Of a DNA stretch of 64,000 nt, positions 49,523 through 56,995 are shown piece by piece. This stretch comes from a virus. The translations under genes were made by a program, and so were the position numbers. A model generated the notes under the pieces. It made no database searches. It saw only the letters and a program-made list of their open reading frames with translations, and had not been told where the DNA came from. Every line of letters begins with the position of its first letter. Positions within the stretch are counted from its first letter, which is position 1. Location: the IMG/VR virus record IMGVR_UViG_3300022542_000792, positions 4,222-68,221 of that record; one strand, 5' to 3'.

Positions 49523-50227
49523 TTATTCTTTTTCGTCTTTGGATTCGTCTTTAGATTTATTAGATCCTTGGACCTTTTCAACTGCGGTACGAATAAGTTG
49601 TAAACGTTGCTGTTTTGTTAGTTTCTTTTTCTTGGCTGCTTTCTTGCGTGCTTCTGCACCCCATTTAGCGAGAACAGTTTTAGCAACTTCACCATCTTCT
49701 GCATTTGGAATGATAACAGAGTTCATAACATAACGCATCAAATGCCCGAAAGCATCTTTTGATTTGTGATCAAAACGAGTTGGATCTATTAAATTAACAA
49801 CATTCTTAGGTTCTACTCGTTTAATCTCATCAAGGATAGGACCTACGATTAGTGCCATAAATGAGTTGATTGCAGAGCGATATCCATCTTCTGAGAATTG
49901 TATACGTAGAACATCTTCAATCTCTTGCTTAATGCCGTCAATAGTTTCAATATGTTCATCTTTGCCTTTACGTTCTTTATATTTTGGATCTTTATATGGT
50001 TCCAAACGCTCCAACAATACTTCTTTGAATATAGAAATCATTTCAAGAGTAACTAGCTCATTTGCCATTTCTCCTTCCATTGCGGATTTCTTAATAAGAA
50101 GATCCAAAACTTTTTCCATTTTTGGAACAAAGCGTTGAGGATTAAACAGTTTGAGTTCACCTTCTTCTTTTTTCTTAGGTGTGCCTTTCTTGGCTTCTGT
50201 AATTAAATAGTCTTTAAATGTGAACAT
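49523..50227 (-). CDS. Putative internal head protein
   Basis: MFTFKDYLITE-A resembles T4 capsid-targeting sequences; ATAAATA at 50255-50261. Confidence 0.6.
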   Translation of the reverse strand: MFTFKDYLITEAKKGTPKKKEEGELKLFNPQRFVPKMEKVLDLLIKKSAMEGEMANELVTLEMISIFKEVLLERLEPYKDPKYKERKGKDEHIETIDGIKQEIEDVLRIQFSEDGYRSAINSFMALIVGPILDEIKRVEPKNVVNLIDPTRFDHKSKDAFGHLMRYVMNSVIIPNAEDGEVAKTVLAKWGAEARKKAAKKKKLTKQQRLQLIRTAVEKVQGSNKSKDESKDEKE

Positions 50228-50272
50228 AAAATGTATTCTCCAGTTGGTCTTAAATATTTATCAAAATGAACT

Positions 50273-50782
50273 TTATACTGTAGGTTTTTCAGTCTGTGGA
50301 CCTTTGGTTAATAATCCCTTTAACTGACTAAATTGTGCACGCATTTTATTAAGGTTGTTTATAAATGCTTCTTTCTTTTGAGGGTCGGTATCAATCGTCT
50401 TTAGCATTTCAGCATATTCTGGAATTTTTGATTTTGCATACATATCTCCGATTCGCATCAATACTTTATTTACTTCTTTATCATCACCAGCTTTCAAAAT
50501 TACATCTTTAATTGTAAATTTTGGATTAATCCCCTTTACTTCAGGTGCGATTGCAGCGATGTTATCTTTACTTTGAAGAACTGAAAGTCCAGCCAAAGCT
50601 TTCGCCATATTCTCATTACCTGCAAGACTTTTTCCGCCTTTGATTCCAGCTGATATTTTTCCAAGTAATTCTTCTGCACCTTCAACAAGTGTTGGGCATT
50701 CATCAAGGAACAATTCAACATTTTCTTTTAGTATTAATATTTCTTGAACTTCTTCGTGTATTTCTTGTATTAATTTACTCAT
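50273..50782 (-). CDS. Hypothetical (possible internal head) protein
   Basis: Likely start MSKLIQEIHEE by ATGA overlap with upstream stop. Confidence 0.55.
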   Translation of the reverse strand: MSKLIQEIHEEVQEILILKENVELFLDECPTLVEGAEELLGKISAGIKGGKSLAGNENMAKALAGLSVLQSKDNIAAIAPEVKGINPKFTIKDVILKAGDDKEVNKVLMRIGDMYAKSKIPEYAEMLKTIDTDPQKKEAFINNLNKMRAQFSQLKGLLTKGPQTEKPTV

Positions 50783-51108
50783 GACGCTTCCCTTGTATTT
50801 TTGTTTAACCATCGCTGGAATCTTTCACTTGCCCAATAAGTCAAGAACGACTCAGTGGAATCTACGTTACCAGATTCAAAACGCATTTCAACTAAATCTG
50901 GATTATCAATATCATTGTATTTCCATTCAACAATAATCTTGTGTTTTGGTTTTAGTGGAATGTATTGCTTTTTTTCCATCGTTTCACCAACAGGGAGTTT
51001 ACAATACTTATTTACAATGTAAGTTACAGTACGTACTGGAGATTCACTGATTGCTTTACGCAATTGCTCTTTTGATTCCAAGTACTCTTTGAATGTAATT
51101 TTTTTCAT
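50779..51108 (-). CDS. Hypothetical protein with capsid-targeting-like leader
   Basis: MKKITFKEYLES; TATAAATA at ~51137. Confidence 0.55.
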   Translation of the reverse strand: MKKITFKEYLESKEQLRKAISESPVRTVTYIVNKYCKLPVGETMEKKQYIPLKPKHKIIVEWKYNDIDNPDLVEMRFESGNVDSTESFLTYWASERFQRWLNKNTREAS

Positions 51109-51151
51109 CCGCTGCTCTACCACGTTGTTATTATATATTTATAATTAGAAC

Positions 51152-51478
51152 TCATTCTTCGCCAATAATTAACCAGAATACCTTCTTCCCTATCTTGAAA
51201 GACGTCATTTCTGGTTGCATACAATTACGCCATAAATTTTGGTCTGGGTCTTTTTTAAATTTTTCACTCTTTAATCGTTGTTGATTTATCCTACGAATCT
51301 CACCAGTTGACTTGAATAACCCAACTGTTTTAAGTATGTGCGGCAGAAATAATTCTTCTTTATCATTTATAATTTGGGCAAATGATAGATGTATAGTATC
51401 TTCGGTTGGAAGAACACCAAGTTGAATTTCGGTCAATCCCTCAACGAGGTTCCCAACGATGATATTATCTACTTGCAC
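51152..51478 (-). CDS. Stand-alone S4-like domain resembling TyrRS C-terminus
   Basis: LPHILKTVGLFKSTGEIRR...FKIGKK matches the TyrRS S4 pattern L..LL...GL..S.SEARR...GKK. Confidence 0.55.
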   Translation of the reverse strand: MQVDNIIVGNLVEGLTEIQLGVLPTEDTIHLSFAQIINDKEELFLPHILKTVGLFKSTGEIRRINQQRLKSEKFKKDPDQNLWRNCMQPEMTSFKIGKKVFWLIIGEE

Positions 51479-51512
51479 AATTATGACCCTTTAAGTGATT
51501 CAGAGGAACCCC

Positions 51513-51541
51513 ATTATACCATACATTTCACTTTCCGACAA
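51513..51541 (-). promoter_or_regulatory. sigma70-type promoter
   Basis: TTGTCG-17 nt-TATAAT with extended TG. Confidence 0.6.
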
Positions 51542-51547
51542 CGCATA

Positions 51548-51574
51548 AAAAAGCCCCGATAAATCGGGGCTTTT
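51548..51574 (-). terminator. Terminator downstream of major capsid gene
   Basis: aaaaagccccgat-aa-atcggggctttt. Confidence 0.85.
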
Positions 51575-51601
51575 GATTTTACACCTTTCTAAACTTTGTT
51601 T

Positions 51602-53008
51602 TTATGCAAAGTCAAGAGCAGATACAGCTATCTTACCGTAGTAATCAGCACTGTTTCCAAGTGATGTAGTTGCGCTAGTGAATGAAGTCTTGCCGTAGCG
51701 AGTCATCAAACTAACAACAGGTTGGAATGTAACTGGGTTAACAACCACACCTGAACTCATCAATGGAATATATGGGCAGTAGAAGTAACCAGTATCAGTT
51801 TCTCCGTTTCCACCTTTATAACCAATAAGGATTGTATCATTGTTACTTGCTTGAGTAGTACCAAGATCAAGACCAGCACCTGCTTGATTCCACAAGTATG
51901 AATAAACCTTGATTGAACCATTAAGAGTACCAACTAACATTGTATTGTTAGGACCTTTGAAAGAACCTTCAACAGCTGGAGCAAATACTGACTTGCTTGC
52001 AGACTGAAGAACAGAAACAATCATTGGTGAAACAACGATGAAGTTACCAACACCACGACGAGTCTTACGACCAATCTCGTTAGCAACACGGTTAATAATT
52101 ACTGAGATGTTAGCAAGACGATCACCTACGTATGCAGGAGCGTATGTACCAGCAACACCACCACCGTAACCACCACCTGAAGCACCATCAAATGTATCAG
52201 TTGTACCAGCAAGAGCGATAAGATCGCTAATGATTTCAGCGTCAATTTCTTGAACGATTTCAGCAGAAAGCGCTTGAGTCATTTCTGATTCAATATCAAG
52301 TCCGTGTTGTGAATTCATATCTTGCATAGCTTCGATAGTCCAACCAGCTTGAAGTTTACGTGAACCAGCTTCAACAGCTTGGCTTACAACTTCAAGTCCC
52401 ATTTTACGACCACCAGAACCTTCAAGGTAACTACCAGAACCACCATAAGAACGGTTAGCAGTAGTTGCAGTGATGTCAAGGCTTGAAGGCCATGCTTCAC
52501 CAGTAGTTTCTGAACCATCGATCGCAGTTGTTCCGATACCAATACCACCAGCACCAGCTACTTGAGCATCAGCTCCAGCAGGTAATGGAGAACCAGAACC
52601 AGCACCAGCACCACCAGAATAGAAAGCACGAAGAGCAGGGCTGTTGCCAAACGCTTCATTACCAGCTGTGATGCTTTGTGCACCGAATGCATCATTAGTT
52701 GTATCAGTTACTGATTCTTTGTAAGTGTAACGCAAAGAATAAACAAGTCCAACAGGACCAGTCATTGGTTGTACACCAACTAATTCACTTGCAATTGTAC
52801 CAGGAATGATACGACGAATCATTGGGATTAAGATTTTACGGAATCCAGCAATGTCGTGTGCAACAGTTGCGCCAGAAGCGGCTGTTTCCATCATCATTTG
52901 GTTTTTTTGGTTTTCAAGAAGAGGTGCGACAATCTTACGTTTGTCAGCGGCTAATCCTTCAAGTAACGCTTCTTTGGTCTCTGACCAATTTTCGAACATT
53001 TCGTCCAT
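51602..53008 (-). CDS. Major capsid protein (T4 gp23-like)
   Basis: LENQ, GVQPMTGPVG, SRKLQAGWT.E..QD..HGLD, EIDAEI and YCPYIPL..TFQP..MTRYG motifs. Confidence 0.95.
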   Translation of the reverse strand: MDEMFENWSETKEALLEGLAADKRKIVAPLLENQKNQMMMETAASGATVAHDIAGFRKILIPMIRRIIPGTIASELVGVQPMTGPVGLVYSLRYTYKESVTDTTNDAFGAQSITAGNEAFGNSPALRAFYSGGAGAGSGSPLPAGADAQVAGAGGIGIGTTAIDGSETTGEAWPSSLDITATTANRSYGGSGSYLEGSGGRKMGLEVVSQAVEAGSRKLQAGWTIEAMQDMNSQHGLDIESEMTQALSAEIVQEIDAEIISDLIALAGTTDTFDGASGGGYGGGVAGTYAPAYVGDRLANISVIINRVANEIGRKTRRGVGNFIVVSPMIVSVLQSASKSVFAPAVEGSFKGPNNTMLVGTLNGSIKVYSYLWNQAGAGLDLGTTQASNNDTILIGYKGGNGETDTGYFYCPYIPLMSSGVVVNPVTFQPVVSLMTRYGKTSFTSATTSLGNSADYYGKIAVSALDFA

Positions 53009-53065
53009 TTTTATTTCTCCTTAAACTAGCTAAAGTTTATAATTAAAGTTTTCAGTTAAAAGTTA

Positions 53066-54013
53066 TTATTCGATTAATCCAGCAAGACGTTGTAAACGTG
53101 TACGAGTTTCCTCGGACAATTGAACGCGTCCTTCTAAATCTTCCTTCTCATTTTCTTCAATGAGTTCATCATTATCACCAGTGACTACTGCACCTTCAAT
53201 GATGTCTTTCTTATTGCCTTTATCTGATTTACCTTCAGCTAGTACTTTATCTTCCTTCTCTGAAGTGTTATCTTCGACTGTTGCTTCTTTCAAAACACGG
53301 CCGATGAAGGTCTTGTATCCTTCTTCAAGTTGTTCCGTAGGAACACTTTTAAGAATTGTTTCCATAACTTCTTTGGCTGAGCCATCAAGAGGTTTTAGAA
53401 TTTCTTGCATCTTAATTGTACGTTCAAGTGTTGATAACTTGGTTTCAGACTCTTCAAGAGCTGAAGTTGTATCTTCAAGACGGCTTTCTGTTTCGCGTAA
53501 TGTACCTTCAAGAGATTCATCATCTGCGTAGCTATGTGCATATTCTTCTGCAACAGCTTCGAAGATTTTACGACCAAATTCATTCTGACGAACAACGTCA
53601 ATATCTTCACGAAGTTCTTCAAGTTCAGCACCTAAACGGATTTCAAGGAAAGCGTCAAGTTTTTCAACTAACTCACCAAGGTCGCCTTTAAGTTCTTCAC
53701 CCATTTCAGATTTAGCTTCAACAAGCTTTTCAGCGAATTCAGCTTCAAGGTCACGGAAACGTTCAATATCTTCTTTAAGTTCTGAAATTTCACTATCGAG
53801 GAATTCAGAAACTTTAGAATCTACTGCCTCAATTAATGCATCTCTTTCTTGTACCCACTGTTCTGTAAGTTCTGCACGAACATCAGCAGCGGCATCTGCT
53901 TTGGCAGCTTCGACAGCTTCATCGAGCTTGCCATTAAAAGCTTCTTCAAGTTCTTTCTTTGTATCTTCAGAAAGTACTTCGGCTTCTAATAATTTTTGAA
54001 GCAATTCATCCAT
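53066..54013 (-). CDS. Prohead scaffolding protein (gp22-like)
   Basis: Glu-rich coiled coil, FGRKIFEA, C-terminal RLQRLAGL; between protease and MCP. Confidence 0.85.
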   Translation of the reverse strand: MDELLQKLLEAEVLSEDTKKELEEAFNGKLDEAVEAAKADAAADVRAELTEQWVQERDALIEAVDSKVSEFLDSEISELKEDIERFRDLEAEFAEKLVEAKSEMGEELKGDLGELVEKLDAFLEIRLGAELEELREDIDVVRQNEFGRKIFEAVAEEYAHSYADDESLEGTLRETESRLEDTTSALEESETKLSTLERTIKMQEILKPLDGSAKEVMETILKSVPTEQLEEGYKTFIGRVLKEATVEDNTSEKEDKVLAEGKSDKGNKKDIIEGAVVTGDNDELIEENEKEDLEGRVQLSEETRTRLQRLAGLIE

Positions 54014-54097
54014 CGTTTTATACTCCTCATTTCGAAATTAATGGTTTAATAGTTTAACATTTTGTTTTATATAAGATATTTATCTAAGGTATGCAGA

Positions 54098-54140
54098 AAA
54101 AGCGGAACGATACTATGTGGTATAGTATTTCTCCGCTTTT
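54098..54140 (-). terminator. Long imperfect hairpin after prohead protease
   Basis: aaaagcgga..atactat / atagtat..tccgctttt; U-run on - strand; late motif immediately downstream. Confidence 0.5.
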
Positions 54141-54186
54141 ATCAAGGGGTTAAGTATTTCAGGCTTTACGAATTTTTTCGAACTTT

Positions 54187-54813
54187 TTATTTTTTAACAA
54201 ATAAACCTTCTTCAAGAAACTTCATAATAGCACGCTTTAAATATAATTGAGCTGCTGGATCTTCTTGTACTTGTTCAGCCAAAGTTAACACCTTACGACC
54301 GTTCATTGAAGATTGTAAAGACTCATAAACTGTATCAGGCATCGCACCTGGAGCAGAAGGAGTTGCAACAATATCAACTGTTACAAAATTAAAATCTGCA
54401 ACTGTACTTTCATTGACAGCACCAGCACCACGACTAGAAACACCTAAACGAACACCACTCTGAACAAGTTCTTTTGCGATGTTGCCCATTGGCGTATTAA
54501 GTAATTTAGCTCGACCAATCGCGTTATTACCTTCCATACGAATATCTGTGATTGCGTGTGAAATACGGTCAAGATTAATGTTTAATGATTGAGGATGATC
54601 TAACTCACCAAAAATCCCATTATGTTCTTTAATGCGTTGTTGCGCGGTATCAACAGCTTTCGCTATTTCAGCTAGAGGATAAATTCGTCCGTTGCGATTC
54701 TTTAACTCAGCCTGCATAAACACACCAGAAAGATACATATCCTTTCCATCTTGTGTAGATTCAGTCACCAAATGACTTTCAGATGGTGTGAGTTCTTCAA
54801 TTAATAACTCCAT
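54187..54813 (-). CDS. Prohead protease (gp21-like)
   Basis: NRNGRIYP, GELDHP, TPMG, GVSSRG.G and DIVATPS motifs. Confidence 0.93.
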   Translation of the reverse strand: MELLIEELTPSESHLVTESTQDGKDMYLSGVFMQAELKNRNGRIYPLAEIAKAVDTAQQRIKEHNGIFGELDHPQSLNINLDRISHAITDIRMEGNNAIGRAKLLNTPMGNIAKELVQSGVRLGVSSRGAGAVNESTVADFNFVTVDIVATPSAPGAMPDTVYESLQSSMNGRKVLTLAEQVQEDPAAQLYLKRAIMKFLEEGLFVKK

Positions 54814-54840
54814 AATTAACTCCTTGTTAGACTCTGACGA

Positions 54841-55110
54841 TTAATCGTCGTCTTTGTCCTTATCTTTATCATCATCTTTATCATCTTCAGACTTATCGTC
54901 TTTATCTTCGTCTTCAGACTCATCGTTATCTTTGTCTTTGTCGTCGTCTTCATCTTTATCATCGTCTTCATCTTTATCATCATCTTTCTTCTTTTCACCA
55001 AGAAGGACGATGTTAAATTTTTCAGCGAGATATGCGTGAAGAGCTTCAGAAGCTTTTTCACTATCATCTTCGATGAGAGCGTTAATTACTTCCTGCAGTT
55101 TATCTTTCAT
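54841..55110 (-). CDS. Small acidic prohead core protein (gp67/68 position)
   Basis: Start MKDKLQE with AAGGGG SD; D/K/E low-complexity tail. Confidence 0.65.
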   Translation of the reverse strand: MKDKLQEVINALIEDDSEKASEALHAYLAEKFNIVLLGEKKKDDDKDEDDDKDEDDDKDKDNDESEDEDKDDKSEDDKDDDKDKDKDDD

Positions 55111-55120
55111 TGTATTCCCC

Positions 55121-55282
55121 TTAATCCTGTGTTGTACTATCGAGTTCTGCTGATTCTTCTTCACCTTGCAAAGTATCTTTCATCTTGTCAGAAAGGTAAG
55201 AATGAAAATCAACTTGTGCCTTTTCAGAATTGTCATCGATCAATGCATCGAGCATATCACGGAGTTTATCATTATCAGCCAT
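55121..55282 (-). CDS. Small prohead core protein, paralog of downstream gene
   Basis: Manual ORF MADNDKLRDMLDALIDDNSEKAQVDFHSYLSDKMKDTLQGEEESAELDSTTQD* with AGGAG SD. Confidence 0.7.
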   Translation of the reverse strand: MADNDKLRDMLDALIDDNSEKAQVDFHSYLSDKMKDTLQGEEESAELDSTTQD

Positions 55283-55347
55283 TTTAATCTCCTACTTTAT
55301 TATTTATGGGTTTAATTATATTTACGATATATTTTTGATCGGTTGCA

Positions 55348-56946
55348 TTAAAGTTCTCCACCAAGTTCTCCACCACCAAGTTCTCCACCAAGTTCTCCAC
55401 CAGCAGTCATCTCTCCTCCACCCATCTCTCCACCCATCTCTGCAGCAGCGGCTGCAGCTTCAGGTTGGTACAGTGCTAGAAGATCTTTTTCATTACCATC
55501 TGGATCAAGTCCTTTCTCTTCACGAAGTTTACGTTCATTATCAATAATTTCATCATCAGTAAGTTGTAAATAACGTTCAAGAATGAAACGTTTAGAAAGA
55601 TATGGAATACCATCAGCACTACCATATGCAGATAATAATGCAGCATCTACTTCTTGTTGTCGGTATGTACCAAAGTTAGTAGGTTCTGGTAAACGAATTC
55701 TATAAAGAGTTTCATCAATGCGGATGTTAGTTTTTTGGAGATATTTTTTAAATTCCGTATCAAGGATATTTTCAATGTGTCCTTGAAGTCGCATTACATA
55801 TAATGCAAATTTGAATTCTTCAATATATGCGACACCTACTTTACCGTCATTGAATACTGCACCTTCTGCTCCTTTTTTCATATAAGAAACAGGAACACGT
55901 AAGCCTCTCCAAACTTTATCTTGGAAGTATTCTAAGTCAGCAAGTTCACCAAGACCTTGTCCACCAGGTAATGTTTCTACACGAGAACCTCGACCATCTG
56001 CACGTTGGGCAAAAAAGAAATCTTCTGACATTGATTGAGGATTATATACTGATTCAACTTCACTTTTTCCACCAGATTGGGTAGGAATTTTTTTCTGTTT
56101 GATTTCGTTCTTGATTTGTTCAAGATATGTTTTAACACGTTGAGGAGGCATCTTACCAACATCAATATAGAATACTCGACGTTCAGGAGCACGTTGTACA
56201 CGATAGATAAGGATAGCATCTTCTAATAATTCTTTTTGTTTGTGAGCACGGAATACTGGACGAAGAACAGATTCTCCAAATGGAGCTGTATCAGATAAGT
56301 CATCGTTTAAAGTAAACCGAACAATTTCATCTGCAGAAATAATTTCTGTTTCAGTTTCTTGTGTCCCTGTAACAGGAGCACCATATGAAGATTTAGCTTT
56401 TGTTATACTCTTTTTTACTTGCCACCCAATGATATTTGTCACATCATCTTCTTCAACGATGGCACCAATTATATTTTTAGGATGTAAAAATGCCCAACGT
56501 TTAAAATGGTCTTCTTGTTTACGAAAGAAACAATCACCATATTTGGCTGTTGTGCGTGAAACTTTGAACAGACGATTTTCCCAATCATGAGATTTGCACC
56601 AATGATGCATTGCAGCCCGAAGAGTAAGGACAATGTTACTTGGTAATTTTTCTTCATCTTCAGCAAGAATATCAAGTTCCAGTGGCATATCTGTCTTTGG
56701 ATTATTACCTGTCATTTCTTCAGCTATTGTATCAAGTGCACGAGATACTTCAACATCATTATCCATTAAATCATATTCACGGTAACGAGTTAAACGTGAA
56801 GCTGACCCTTGAACTAGTCGAGAGTACCAAGTGTAGTTACCATATGTCCCTTGATCACCAAGAGACTGGCTATCAGAAATCTTGGTAGTTTCAGGCTTCG
56901 GTGTTACGATTTTAAAATAGTTGGTCCACTTTGGATTCTGGGTCAT
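55348..56946 (-). CDS. Portal protein (T4 gp20-like)
   Basis: LLEDAILIYRVQRAPERRVFYIDVG.MP and EDFF..ETLPGGQ..YF motifs. Confidence 0.95.
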   Translation of the reverse strand: MTQNPKWTNYFKIVTPKPETTKISDSQSLGDQGTYGNYTWYSRLVQGSASRLTRYREYDLMDNDVEVSRALDTIAEEMTGNNPKTDMPLELDILAEDEEKLPSNIVLTLRAAMHHWCKSHDWENRLFKVSRTTAKYGDCFFRKQEDHFKRWAFLHPKNIIGAIVEEDDVTNIIGWQVKKSITKAKSSYGAPVTGTQETETEIISADEIVRFTLNDDLSDTAPFGESVLRPVFRAHKQKELLEDAILIYRVQRAPERRVFYIDVGKMPPQRVKTYLEQIKNEIKQKKIPTQSGGKSEVESVYNPQSMSEDFFFAQRADGRGSRVETLPGGQGLGELADLEYFQDKVWRGLRVPVSYMKKGAEGAVFNDGKVGVAYIEEFKFALYVMRLQGHIENILDTEFKKYLQKTNIRIDETLYRIRLPEPTNFGTYRQQEVDAALLSAYGSADGIPYLSKRFILERYLQLTDDEIIDNERKLREEKGLDPDGNEKDLLALYQPEAAAAAAEMGGEMGGGEMTAGGELGGELGGGELGGEL

Positions 56947-56995
56947 AAAATTCTCTTAGTATTTTTCTTTTATTTATGTACTGAAATTATCCGTA

